Positions 27,000 through 40,222 of a DNA stretch of 64,000 nucleotides are shown here, piece by piece. The DNA is from Hormiphora californensis (Eukaryota > Animalia > Ctenophora). The notes under the pieces are model-generated. The model did not search any database. It was not told the DNA's origin and was given only the letters and a program-made list of their open reading frames with translations. The stretch covers positions 4,526,001-4,590,000 of the forward strand of contig CM035353.1 in NCBI GenBank assembly GCA_020137815.1. The letters run 5' to 3'. Each line of letters opens with the position of its first letter. Position 1 is the first letter of the stretch. A program made the position numbers and the translations under genes.

Positions 27000-27927
27000 T
27001 GGGTTTTCAAGGCCTTTTTAAACATCGGCAAGGTTTCTGTGGTTCGAATTTCTTTAGGTAGGCGATTCCAGATCCTCGGAGCAGCTATACTAAAAGCTCT
27101 CTCAGTGGTTTTGTAGTTGTAGTTACTGTGTACCTCTTCCAGTCTTGTCGTGTCACAATCGACTCTTAAACTCATCGGTTTTTGTTTCCGTCTTTGTAGC
27201 ATTTCTGATATGTATCCAGGCGTCCCATTATTCAGGGATTTGTATACCATCATACAGATCTTATATTCTATTCTGTGTCTAACAGGTAGGAAGTGGGATT
27301 TTTTCCGTAGATCTGTTACACCACGTCTGCTACGTTTACCATGGACAAAGCGAGTGGCAGAGTTCTGTAGCTTCTGAAGACGCTTCACATCCTTGTCTTT
27401 GAGACCTATCAGTAGAGCGCTACAATAATCAATCTTTGAGTGTATCAGTGAGTTCACAAGTTGGGTCTTTTGCTTTTTGTTCAGTTTGCCTGCAATTCTC
27501 CACATGTTGACGAGTTGGTAGTTGCACGACTGAACAACTCTGGAGACGTGCTGGGACATCGTGAGTTCGCTATCGACCATGACGCCGAGATTCTTAGCAA
27601 CTGGTTTGACTTCCGTTTCTTCTTGTGCAATGTTCAGTGTGGCATCACTGGTAGATTTATCCCATTTGTTTCGTAGGATAAGAACTTCTGTTTTATCCGG
27701 ATTCAACTTCAACAGGTTCTGTGTCATCCAGAGACGAATGTGAGACACACAGCTCTGAACTTTCTTTATCACATCATCGAATGTTTCTGGTGTGAAAGCT
27801 ATCGAAAGTTGAGAATCATCCGCATACATGTGCAGGCTGAGACCATATAGTTCCGCTATTTTCTGTAGATCTCTGGTGTATAGTATGAACAAGAGGGGCC
27901 CCAGGATGGAACCCTGAGGAACACCAA

Positions 27928-28245
27928 TCTCTATTATAATTTGGAGATGAACGTCGTCGAAGTCGTTCGTTCAGTGCGTTTCTACGCGACAGGCTGCTCC
28001 TTCATAAAATACTTCATGTGCCCAAAGCTGTAAAGCTGTTGCTCACACTTTTGGAACTTCCAGTGGAAGTTTGAAAATGTTTTTGAATGACTTTTAACAG
28101 GCCAGTCCCCATAGTTACCATAGTTCAGGTGCCATGGCAACCGTGTTATTGACCTTGAAAGGGCGAAAAGAACCACCCGGCAAAGCCGGGTGGGTTATCA
28201 GAAGGCCCTTTATAATACTTAAGGCGCACCCAATGGGTGCGCTAG
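27928..28245 (+). mobile_element. Non-autonomous Helitron (318 bp) inserted in the LINE RT domain
   Basis: Starts TCTCTATTATA, ends CTAG; subterminal hairpins CCACCCGGC-AAA-GCCGGGTGG and GCGCACCCA-A-TGGGTGCGC; sits between A and T with no TSD; removal restores AKSISIGVPQG. Confidence 0.92.
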
Positions 28246-29107
28246 TGCTGATAGACTTTGCTTCTGACTCGACCGAACCTATCTTTACTCTAGCTGTTCG
28301 ATTAGTAAGATATGATTCAATCCAGCTCAATACCTTTCCAGTCACTCCATAATCATGTTTCAGGCGGTGTAGTAGCTTGGCATGAGATATGGTGTCAAAG
28401 GCCGCTGAAAGGTCCAGAAGAACTAGGATGACCTTGGTCTTTTTATCCAGCTGCACAAGTATGTCGTTTACTATCTTGATAGTGGCCGTTTCACAGCTAT
28501 GTTTCGATCGATAAGCAGATTGAACTTCACTGAACAGTCCATTACTCTCCACGTAGTCAGTAAGCTGGTCAGCGACGCATTTCTCCAGGACCTTCGAGAT
28601 GAACGAAAGGTTTGAGATTGGTCGATAACTATTAAGTTCATCAGGGTCTAGGTCACTGTTTTTGTATGATGGACGAATAACAGCAGACTTTAAGCTATCA
28701 GGGACTTCTCCTTTGGTGAGACTGGTGTTCACAATCTTAGAGACTATTGGAATGAGGGCTGGAAAAGCATCATTGACGAATGAAGTTGGCATAGGGTCCA
28801 GGGTACAGTGTTTCTTGTTCATAGCACGGACAGTAGCAGCCAGCATCGAATCGGAGACAGGTTGAAATTTCGCAAACTTTGGCAACTCTGCATCTGTTTC
28901 TAGTCGCGGTGTCAGTTCAGGAAGATCGGCTGTGAAATCCGGATCAAGCTGAATTTTCTCATAGATTGCCGCGATCTTGGAAGTGAAAAAGTCGATCATC
29001 CGGTCTGGAAGCCCATCTGGATCGTCAGTGGAGGGGAGTTGGGTCGGTGTCTTTTCCTTTCCGAGCAGGTGGTTTAGGATTTGATACAACGCAGCATGAT
29101 TTCCGTC

Positions 29108-29418
29108 CAGGGCTGGCTCCAGCCCAATATTTTCAGGGGGGTGCCGGGTGAAGTGGCCGGAGACCACTTTTCCCAAAATTTTGTACGTGCGACCTGAGGG
29201 GGTTTGGGGGCGAAGCCCCCGGAAAAATTTGGTTATTTTTAACCGAATTTGGCGCATTTCAGGCATTTAGAGGTTCGATGGCAAAGCCCCCGGAAAAATT
29301 TGAAAATTTAAACCAATTATTACGCATTTTAAGCATTTCGACGGGCTTGTCAACTTCGCTACCAATAATTTCTGGGGGGGTGTGCACCCCCTGCACCCCC
29401 CACCTGGAGCCAGCCCTG
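29108..29418. mobile_element. hAT-type MITE (311 bp) inserted in LINE ORF2
   Basis: TIR CAGGGCTGGCTCCAG / CTGGAGCCAGCCCTG; 8-bp TSD TTTCCGTC at 29100-29107 and 29419-29426. Confidence 0.92.
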
Positions 29419-30553
29419 TTTCCGTCTGCTGCCTCTAGACGCTGTTGGAAGAATTCTCTTCTGGTGCGATTGAATACAGTTTTAGTAAACCGGATCTCAG
29501 CTATGAACAACTTTTCAGCTATTAGAACTTTTTCGTGGCAGACTGGTTTGTTCTTTTGCTTCTGTTTAAGGGCTTTCTTGTACGCTGACTTGTACTTCCG
29601 CTCTGCTTTTCGGCGTTTGTGTAGAGCATCATAGCACTCTTGAGTAAACCAAGGGGGCTTAGAGGCTTCCGAAACAACTTTCTCCTCAATCGGTGCTAAC
29701 TGGTCAAGTATGTCTTCAAGTATGGTGTTATACAGTTTGACACATTCATCGACTGATTCAGGAAGCGGAGATTGACACAGTTTTGATTTCAGAATCATAT
29801 CCCGCACCAATTCAGTAGAGACTCGTTTCATCGAGCGGCCAGTGATCGTTTTCTTATGTTTGATCCCGTTTGCTGAGCCACAATGAATTTTGAAGTCAAC
29901 TAAGAAGTGGTCGGGTACTTCAGGGGTAGGTGTGACATTCAAAGAGTCAAGAAGTGGGACATCTTTTGTCAGTACTAGATCAAGGGTGCCCCCGTGGAGG
30001 TGAGTCGGTTCTCGAACATGCTGTATCCAACAATGATCCTCAAGTATTTGCAAGAAACTTTGGGCAAATGGACAGAGCAGTTTTTCCACGTGAACATTAA
30101 AGTCACCAGTTATCAGATGATGTCCAGACTTCGATGAAAACACTGAAAGAAACTCCTCGAACTCCTCAAGGAAGATCGCCTGTTTGGAAGAATCAGGGGG
30201 ACGGTAGATAACAGCAACTCTCGTCAGGTCTATTCCAGGTCCATCAAGTATTGCTTCCAGCAACTCAAAGCTCGAGAAGACTTTACGAGATTTACATCGT
30301 TTCACTTTTAGTTCTTTCCTGTAAACAATGGCAACTCCACCACCTCTGCTACCGCGAGGAACACTGAGCAGCTTGTAGGGGAATTCTTCTATCTCCTTTG
30401 ATAGAGCAGATTCTTTTGGAGATAGCCAAGATTCGGTTACACACATCACATCTATTTCCTGATCCATAGTTAGTACCAAGACTTCCTCTGTTTTGTTGCG
30501 AATCGAGCAGCAGTTGATGTTTCCGAAACTAAGAGAGGGAACTTTAGACATAT

Positions 30554-32011
30554 CTAGTTTTTTGCCTGTTCTTCAATGAGGGATAGGCGGAATGGGCACA
30601 GCCGTTCTCCACTGTGATGATCTCTGGCTCGTGTTTTAAAAGTTTGAGACTTGTTGCAATTGGCACAGAACTTCTTATCTCGGTTGGTGCAGGTTTTAAC
30701 ATCGTGGTCATCGCCGCAGAGTTTACACACCAGAACAGTGCTAGTACAGTCCGCTGTTTTGTGTTTAAACCCATGACACTTGAAACACTGTGGTATATGG
30801 TATCGTTCAACTACATTCAGTCGGGACCAGGCATAGTACACCTTTCCTGTTTCGAGAAGACGTTTTTGGAGGGGAATAGGGAGTCTTAAGGCAACTGTAC
30901 ACTTTTCCTTGTTTTGGAAATGGCTTTTTATGTAAACCACAGTAACATCCGGTGATACTAGACATGGGTTTTTCTGTTGCAGAGTAGTGAGTACTCGATC
31001 TTTGGCCTCTTCCGTTGTCAAGCTCTCTATATTTTCCGGAACATTGAGAATCGTGACCTTGGCAGTTCCAGAGATCACAGATATGATGGCATCCTCGGGA
31101 ATCGATTTGGTGACCAGATCCTTGACTGCTTCGATATTAGTTGATTCAGGGAAACCTACCCTGACTTCTGCAGCATGGTTTGTATCCATGAAGAGCATAG
31201 GAGTCTTTGCTAGGCAAGTGGTTAGGGTCTTCGAGATGTTCTCAGGGTCATTTGTTCCACATGAGATTCTTATTCTGTGGGACTTCTCACGGGGCACTGT
31301 TGGGGCCGGTGGGGGTGGGGCAGATTTAGGAATCGGCGTTGCTAGAAGTGGCTGCTTGTTTTGGCGCTGTGTGGGCTTCTTCTGACCGGCAACAAACCAT
31401 GCAGGTTCTGCGGGAACAATAGTAGCATCTGCTACGTTTGTTGGCTCGAGTTCAGGCTGTTGGGTAGTGGCAGTGGTTAGGGAGGATTCAATAGGGTTGA
31501 ATGTGGCTTGGATAGGGTTTAGTGTGGATCCAATCATTTGGGCTACTTTCTCAGCAATAGCATTGAGTAACGAGTTGCCGGGTGTTAGTAATTGGGCAGT
31601 GTAAATACAAGATGGACAAGTCCAATCAGGTGTTTTGAAAACTTCACTACCTTGGGGAACGAGGTCTAACGCAGCCACGAGAAATTTCAGTCCAACACAC
31701 TCAGCATGATAGTCAACATTGCATACCTTGCAGTGCATGACTCCATTGGAATCCTGTACGTTGCTTCCGCACAGACATGGCTTTGCAGCGGTGGTCATAT
31801 GGTAGGGAGTGTTAGGTTGGCCGTGAAAGGACACAGGATGTGGAGTGGAGGAAAGGGCGGTAGGGAAGAGGGTTGTTCCGATCAAGGAGTTCGGTGGGAT
31901 GTTGGGGTCTTTGGTTTTACATACCGGAGTTGTTGGAGACGAAGGAGACGAAGGGTAGATGTTGGTCATACTTCGACTTCTCGTGATCATCGTCGTCTTT
32001 TCTGTTATCAC
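30554..32011 (-). CDS. LINE ORF1: PHD finger plus C-terminal CCHC-type zinc knuckles
   Basis: PHD pattern CLC...CKVCNVDYHAEC...WTCPSC; knuckles CFKCHGFKHKTADC, CKLCGDDHDVKTC, CANC...H...C. First ATG at 31990. Confidence 0.9.
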   Translation of the reverse strand: MITEKTTMITRSRSMTNIYPSSPSSPTTPVCKTKDPNIPPNSLIGTTLFPTALSSTPHPVSFHGQPNTPYHMTTAAKPCLCGSNVQDSNGVMHCKVCNVDYHAECVGLKFLVAALDLVPQGSEVFKTPDWTCPSCIYTAQLLTPGNSLLNAIAEKVAQMIGSTLNPIQATFNPIESSLTTATTQQPELEPTNVADATIVPAEPAWFVAGQKKPTQRQNKQPLLATPIPKSAPPPPAPTVPREKSHRIRISCGTNDPENISKTLTTCLAKTPMLFMDTNHAAEVRVGFPESTNIEAVKDLVTKSIPEDAIISVISGTAKVTILNVPENIESLTTEEAKDRVLTTLQQKNPCLVSPDVTVVYIKSHFQNKEKCTVALRLPIPLQKRLLETGKVYYAWSRLNVVERYHIPQCFKCHGFKHKTADCTSTVLVCKLCGDDHDVKTCTNRDKKFCANCNKSQTFKTRARDHHSGERLCPFRLSLIEEQAKN

Positions 32012-32771
32012 TACTTTAACTTTATCGAGGCGTCTCTTGGCTTTTACTTGACATGCCTCAATAAATAGTTTTACGTTGTAGTTGATGAAAGTTTGCCGAG
32101 AGGCTTAAAGCATCGGCAGTTACCTAAAGCGGGGTAACATATAGAAACAGTCCGATAAGGTTCAGTTCGCTATCCGACTTGGATCACATTGTTTCTGATG
32201 TAATAATTGCCACCTGGATCATCTGTACGAACCCGTTTCAAGGTGGCTAGCAGAGCTTTTCGCTTGGCAAGATAAGGCAGCGCTTTTCAAGAGTTTGGAG
32301 CGGCGTCATAATCTGGCGGACGCCGTTACGATCTGGGTGTTTGGTAGCATGTTTACAGGTGCACACTACCAAAAAAGTTGCTTTAATAAAACGGCTCTAA
32401 TCGCCAAACCACTCAACCGTTTTGTCTAATTCAAAGTTTATCTGGTAGGAAATGTCTATCCTAACCCCAACCCAAACCCCAAAGCTAATCTTAGCCCTAC
32501 GTTAGCCCTAACCCTAAAAACCGTTTGTCAGCACTCACGAAAAACCCAGATTTTAACGCTGGCCTTAAATTTCAAAATCTGGCTGGATAAATTTCTGATT
32601 TTTACTTTTTGAAAACAAGACCAGTGCAGAACTCCTCGATACGACACCGCTGCCAAAATATGCAACGCGCTAAAAAATTACAGCTCTGCCGCGCTTGGCT
32701 TTTTCTGAAGCGCGCGCTCGCGAATTTCTTTTGCATTTTGGTCGTTCGCGTTTAAAAAATCGCAAAAATCC

Positions 32772-34251
32772 AAAAGTGTACTGATAGTAAAACCCCAGTT
32801 CCTGGAGACAGCTAAGAGCATGTTCGGAGACACAGGGATGCAAATAACAGCAGATGGGGCAAGACATCTGGGAGCAACCATTGGTTCAGAATGTTTCAAA
32901 AACACGTTTGTTTCCAACGCAGTGTCTACCTGGCGTGAAGAGCTCAAGAACTTAGTAGTTATTGCGAAGACCAATCCCCACCTTGCATACAGCAATTTTA
33001 CGAGAAGTTTCAAGTTCAAGTGGGGCTTCATGCAGAGGACCATACCAGATGTAGCAGACCTCTTTCAGCCGCTAGAGGATCTCATTCGATCCGAACTGAT
33101 CCCCTGTTTCGCTGGTAGACAGGTGTCTGATTTGGAGCGAGAAATGTTTGCACTTCCGACTAACCTTGGCGGAATGGGGATTGACAACCCGGTGCTCACC
33201 AGTGACAGGGCCTTTGCCAACTCATGTTTGTTAACCAAGCCACTGGTTGATGCTATTCTGGTATCACAGGAGATTGATATGGACATGTCCAAAGTTGACA
33301 AACTGGCTAGGGATGCTCGTGTTGAGATCGCTAAATCAAATGAGGGCCACAACTCTGAATCTCTTAAGAAGTTGCTGACCAGGATATCATGCCCGAAACT
33401 AGTGAGATGTCTTGACCTTGCTGGAGAATCTGGTGCATCTGGATGGCTTACGACCAGGCCTTACCCCCATTTGGGCTTTGAGCTTAACCAGTTAGAATTT
33501 GTTGACTCAATAGCTCTACGATATGGATTTGAAGCGAAAGATCTAGGCTCAACATGTGCTTGTGGTAAGCCTAATGATACCGATCACACCATGTCATGTG
33601 CTAAGGGCGGGTATACAATTCTCAGACACGATAATATCAGAGACCTTATGGCTGAGATTTGTTCCTATGCCGGCCTCAAAGCTGTTGAAACCGAAAAGCT
33701 TCTGCAACCATGTCCAGACGGTATCCAGTTTCACCCATCGGCAAACACTGCTCCTGACGCACGAATGGATGTGGTTGCACTAGACCTGTGGCGTAAATCG
33801 CAACTTGCCCACATGGATGTGAGAGTCTTCCATGCCAATGCACCGTCCCATATCAACACGCCCATTGATCAACTCTACCGAAGGAATGAGTCAAGCAAAA
33901 AGCAATCATACGGTAAACGGGTTCGAGAAGTTGAAGGAGGGACATTTTCTCCATTGGTCATGAACACAGCGGGTGGGATAGCTAATGAGTTTCACAAAGT
34001 CTTGAAGACACTCTCATCCCGCATCTCAACAAGAACAGGAGAACCATACGCTGAAGTGATGGCTCACCTCAGAACGAGGTTACGGTTCTCATTACTGAGG
34101 ACATGCCTCATAGCCTTGAGAGGAAATCGGAGGAAGATCGCCATCGCCAACCTAGCCTGCACTGAGCTTGTTACGTGAAGGAAATAAGAAGAGGATAAGA
34201 AGAATTATCAAGACCGTGAATTAATTAATTTATTGTAAAAATAAGTAAAAA
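32772..34251 (+). mobile_element. 5'-truncated CRE-like non-LTR retrotransposon (RT C-terminus + CCHC + restriction-like endonuclease)
   Basis: Open frame 32772-34178 with GARHLGATIG, LPTNLGGMGI, GASGWL, CACGKPNDTDHTMSC, RHDNIRD, PDARMD...MDVRV...ESSKKQSY; A-rich tail; TSD CAAAAATCC at 32763-32771 and 34252-34260. Confidence 0.88.
32820..34178 (+). CDS. C-terminal half of CRE-like retrotransposon protein (RT thumb, zinc knuckle, REL endonuclease)
   Basis: 452-aa uninterrupted ORF with the motifs above; catalytic RT core absent, so the ATG is probably not the native start. Confidence 0.85.
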   Translation: MFGDTGMQITADGARHLGATIGSECFKNTFVSNAVSTWREELKNLVVIAKTNPHLAYSNFTRSFKFKWGFMQRTIPDVADLFQPLEDLIRSELIPCFAGRQVSDLEREMFALPTNLGGMGIDNPVLTSDRAFANSCLLTKPLVDAILVSQEIDMDMSKVDKLARDARVEIAKSNEGHNSESLKKLLTRISCPKLVRCLDLAGESGASGWLTTRPYPHLGFELNQLEFVDSIALRYGFEAKDLGSTCACGKPNDTDHTMSCAKGGYTILRHDNIRDLMAEICSYAGLKAVETEKLLQPCPDGIQFHPSANTAPDARMDVVALDLWRKSQLAHMDVRVFHANAPSHINTPIDQLYRRNESSKKQSYGKRVREVEGGTFSPLVMNTAGGIANEFHKVLKTLSSRISTRTGEPYAEVMAHLRTRLRFSLLRTCLIALRGNRRKIAIANLACTELVT

Positions 34252-35209
34252 CAAAAATCCGCACTTTGAGTTCTTGTTCCCTTTTTGAGTATTCCAATTT
34301 CCATTGACCCCCTGCAGCTCCGGACTGGGCCCTTTATTCTGTAATAGGGCCCCTGTTTTCTTGCAGTCTTTAAACAAACTCAAAAATGATAAATAAATGA
34401 ATCACAAACGTGTTCCTTGCAGGGATGGCCCTGCGACCCAGCAAGTCCCTGGGTGTCCGTGGCCCACAAGCGGGGTCCAGGGGCTGCAAGCGTTTTTAAA
34501 CAATATATGCATTTCTGACCCCTTTCCTCATAGACGAAAGATTTGAAGAAAACAGATTTGTGCGCACCCTTAATAAATAACACACATATAATTCGAATAC
34601 AGTAAGCACGTTTTGCTTTTGCGTGCTACTGAATTCTTATTGCACACTCCTTACCACATGGATATGCAGTGCGCCCTACACACAGTACTTAGTTAATTTT
34701 GGCAGTAAATTTAGCATGGCAACAATTAACAGCCCAAAGTTAGTTAGCAGCGACAGTGAAGTTCAATGCCATTTCTCATTTGATCGTAGTTCTCCGCCCT
34801 GATGCTTTGTTTCGTGAGGTCCCGTTCCATCAAAATTAGGTAGTGGCTTGACTTGTGATTTTTCAATGTGCAATGAATTTATTAAATGAATGTTCAATGT
34901 TCATTGTGTTCTAAGTGTAGTTAAATATTTATTAAATTAGTACTTTAACCAAAAGCTTATCTAATTACATATTAAGTTATCGTAGTGAACGATTCGTTGA
35001 GCACATCTTGGTCGTCCATCTTACTTCCTGCTCTGTTCTCTCCGATCGTTCTCTGTCAGTGAGTTCTCTCTCCCGTCGTTCTCTCTCCAATCGTTCCATT
35101 CGTTTGCGCTCAATTTCTTGATACATTGACCCATGTCACTGGAACTATATGATCTCTCTTGATCTCACTCTTACAACTAATTTTTTTTTGTAGTTTTCCA
35201 AATTTGAAT

Positions 35210-35600
35210 TTAGACTAGCCTTAGGTTAAGCTACCGTTTCTGTGGCTTCTCTGAAGGTCCAGCAAAAATATCTACAAGCGTTTGCCTGTTTAATTTGTGA
35301 GCTATTATATTGTTCTCTATCTCTAAAACACTAGAGAGATGATAGCCGCTCATTGCTCTTACTATTTCTCAGGCGGGTTTTGATGTGTTTCAGCGCTGAG
35401 AATGTCCGTTGGCAGCCTACTGACGTGATTGGGAGGGTGTGTGTATGTGACACATATACATACTATGTGTGTGTCCTCCGGGAGGGTGATAACCAGTTGG
35501 CCAAGCTTGTAATGTTCAGGGTACTCCTCGTACAAGGCTCTGGACCACTTCTTTGACAAGGAATCCTTGTTTTAATGGCATCTGTATTGCAACCGAACAA
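35210..35600 (-). pseudogene. hAT (Tip100/ZMYM1-like) transposase C-terminal dimerisation domain
   Basis: YPEHYKLGQLVITLP [insert] ITSVGCQRTFSALKHIKTRLRNS..NERLSSL / LEIENNI...LVDIFA; not evident from the ORF track because of frame breaks. Confidence 0.85.
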
Positions 35601-37619
35601 TGTCTCTGATCCGAAAAGTGTCTCCTGAAACCACTGCAGAACCCACTTCGCCACTTTTCCCACCAATTATTTTAGTTTAAACTATTGCCTCATGTTGTGA
35701 TGGATCTTGGCAATATTGTGCAAGTTCATAATTCATTCATCAAATCCCAGTTCATTAAGATATTCTTTCCCATAGAATATGATAGCAACAATTAATTACC
35801 CTCCGTTAACCCATTTGTTGTGTAATACTCCACCTGACCTGTAAACGTATTACCCATGATTGCCGGGGAATCTGTTGTTCAGGTTGTTTATTGCAATTAA
35901 AAAATAATAGTGTTGTTTATAGTGTTGTTCCCACCATGTTATCCTTCGAATCTCTAACTGCTACCAGCCTAATACCCCTCTCGATAACCAGATACTCGTG
36001 TGGTTTTGGAGAAAAGAGCATACAGGTTCAATCTTCCCTTGTAGTACGCTGGTGGGTACATTGTTTTAGGATACTCTGTGAAGTTGTTTCTACAAATGTT
36101 TCTGAGGGTTTGTAGTATGGTCTTACTGTCCTCAATTTGGGTGACTGGTGTCCGAGGACTTAGGGTGAACACCACGTAATGCTGTATGCTGGCTACACTG
36201 CGGGGATAGGGTTTGTTATTCTACAAGAGTTGGCTACCAGCCTAATAGCCCTCTCGATAACCAGTTGGCTAAAACGATTATTCAGGATTCACAATTCTCG
36301 GATTTCTTGGAGGTTACTCGCGAGCACGATTTTGCGGAACTGAAACTCAAACGGAACTGAAACTCTCATTAGCTAATTGAAGTTTAATTATGTGATCTGA
36401 ATTTATCAACTTAGGTCAATATCAAATGATGATTTGGAAAGTTCCATACCCCAGGACGGACACGACTTCCCAAACACGGATAAAAACACTGTGTTATATC
36501 TTACTAACATCCCTATGGTTTGACAAATGACTCTAACTGTTTTCTTCTTTCACATATTGTGTCTCTCCGTTTCTTTCGTACAGTTTTCTTAACTTCCTGT
36601 GAGTACAAGAATTATTGCATTATATATTCAATCTGCTAATTTCTAAACCCTGAATGATATTTTAGCACATTTGAGAAAGTCCGCTATTTTCCCTATATCT
36701 GGTATCGTCATGCAGAGGATAGGCCTTTTCCTGAAAGGGAGAGAATAATAATAACAGTAATAATATAATAAGAATATTTAACAAGTGATTAGTTATGTTA
36801 TAACGTTTGACGAATAATTACTTTCTCGTTTTCCTCGACTCGCCCTTCAATTCTTGGCCACAGCAGCTTTAGGTGTACTTGTTCCAGCACCTGCAGTCCT
36901 ACAAAAGGTTAATTGTGATGCCGCTCCAGGTCGGTGAGATTCCTGCTCGGCATCATACCCCTGTATTTGACCACATCTTGTAACTCAATTACTTACAAGC
37001 CCAATTTGGTGTTGCGACTGTAATGTTGCCTTAGATCCGGAGAGGATGTACATATTCAAACTCGTATACCAAACCGTATCCGTCACCTTACTGGCATCCC
37101 ATCGCGTCGATCCCTGTTGTGGATTACATGGGGTATTACATGGTCTGTCTGCAGTGGCAGTGTAGAGTTTTAAACTCCGGTACTGCAGAGTTCATCGGTA
37201 AGATGCTGTAATATGTATACCTCTTGTTCGCTATCGCTTAACTGGGGTATCACAGGGGAGCCACCAATGATGTCGTCAACTGCCTCACTGTTCCTCTTCT
37301 TAGGGGGGAAAATGTATTTGATCAAGTCACACAGTTGAAATTACAATCAATCAATAGCATCAGTTAACGTTTATTATTGATTTTTTTTCTTTACCACTCC
37401 GACCGCCATATTTACCTTCCTTAGGGCTCCCACTTTCCAAATGTTTTTAGAGGTGTTCTTCTTTGACATCGTTTAAGTGTTTTCGGTGACCAGTGTCTCC
37501 TTCGTTGCCAAATAGCAGTAAGATAATGGTATCTCGATATGATCATGATGTTGGTACACATGTAATGGATACAGATCCGCCACTTTTCCACCGATCCACC
37601 CAACTAACTTATATTTCGT

Positions 37620-38899
<1,280 letters not shown>

Positions 38900-39233
38900 A
38901 TATTTCCATGAAAAGTGGATCATTTTTGAACCACTGGTTAAGAAGATACAGTTACTGGTACCTCTCAAGAAGCAACCTGGTTGTACTTTGTAATGCAGGA
39001 TTCCCAAGTTAACTTGATTCTACAAAAGTTAACACTTAATTTAATGCGTCAATTTCAATAGTTTCGTTAACTTAACCTCGATTGCAGTAGCTTTTGTATT
39101 AGACATTAGTGAACGGAAGCCTTCCGTCGCAAGGTGCCAACTTTTCTCACAATTCAAGCTCTGGGCTGTTGGTTTCCAGATCTGTCAGCTCCCCAAGGAA
39201 TCCCTGTACAAACTAAAATGAGGAGTTTCTAAT

Positions 39234-39906
39234 TAGTCGGGGCGAATCTCAATTTTTTGACTGTAACCCACCTATTTTGACCCGCTGAACACGATCCCGT
39301 CCATAGGTAAGCTCGCAAAAGTGAAGAAAATGCCCAAATCGGCCACGCCCTTTTACCTGTATTTTCAGCTTAAACGATGCTCAAAATCGGGCTTTTTACC
39401 GTTTTTCGCTCATTTTGAGCATCGATTAAGCCCAATAACGGCTAAACGGTTGGAGATAGAGCTTAAAAGTCCGACGTCGACCCCCCATAACTTGGCTATT
39501 GCCTACAAAATGGCGCCAGTGAAAAGTCTCTAAACCATTCCTAAGTGGCTATAGCCATATAGCCAAAAAACGGTTATGCGCAAACCTAATTATCCAATTA
39601 TCTAATTAACCAGATGAGATAGAGACTTAATTCCAGCACCTACCCCCACTAATGCGAGGGCGCTGATCACTTTAGTGCCCTCAGATTTGTCTCTACTCCT
39701 ATTCTAAGAGGATTTATGTTTTTGGCTACAGGCTGAAAATACAGGTAAAAGGGCGTGGCCGATTTGGGCATTTTCTTCACTTTTGCGAGCTTACCTATGG
39801 ACGGGATCGTGTTCAGCGGGTCAAAATAGGTGGGTTACAACCGGAATTTGCTTTTCACCAAATAGTGAGTCAACCACTTCTTTTTGTGAGAGATTCGTCC
39901 CGACTA
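39234..39906. mobile_element. MITE with short TIR and about 105-bp internal inverted repeat
   Basis: TAGTCGGGGCGAATCTC / GAGATTCGTCCCGACTA; inner arms about 39263-39368 and 39733-39838; TSD could be AAT or TA. Confidence 0.8.
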
Positions 39907-40222
39907 AATTGAATTGGCACATTCATTTTAATTAATCAAGTAAAGGAACTTTTTAAATTACAACTGAGAAGAATCCTCCCCTAAAGTTGGCCAGGATCTC
40001 AATCATAACACAGTATCATAGACATTTAATGGTCAAATTTATTGACCCTGAAAAAATGCATCCACCTAGATCTGGATAACATGGGTCGAATGATCCAACG
40101 TCTGAAAAGTTACCCCAGAATTCATAGTTCATTAAACCGTGTGGCACAAACCGGAACCCATCAAGACTCTTCGTTTTAGGCATTCAAATTTCCGGCCTGC
40201 CCGTACGGGGGCGGTTTTTCCA

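Larger units (their letters stand above)
26244..30551 (-). pseudogene. LINE ORF2 (APE endonuclease + reverse transcriptase), interrupted by three insertions
   Basis: APE motifs NCCSIRNK, VTESWL, IYRPP, GDFNVH, TLDLV, DHFLV; RT motifs YRPISNL, QSAYR, LDLSAAFDT, GVPQGSILGP, YADD. C-terminus LKTH|MFTLAYGPE* resumes after the third insertion. Confidence 0.93.
24948..32140 (-). mobile_element. Full-length L2/CR1-group LINE (ORF1 + ORF2 + long 3' UTR) with three nested insertions
   Basis: ORF1 30554-32011 and ORF2 starting 2 nt after the ORF1 stop (TAG AT ATG). 3' UTR ends near 24948 in a short stem-loop plus (TTAT)n on the minus strand. Both outer ends are approximate; the 3' end may extend to about 24520. 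Confidence 0.9.

Noticed and set aside
28115-30551. Two separate genes of 383 and 430 aa
   Set aside because: They are one ORF2; their unusual termini are read-through into inserted elements.
32455-32520. Telomere-like CCCTAA repeats
   Set aside because: Short, degenerate and embedded in a probable DNA-element fragment.
34907-35175. Possible solo LTR (TG...CA with AATAAA on the minus strand)
   Set aside because: No matching TSD and no second copy or PBS in the window.
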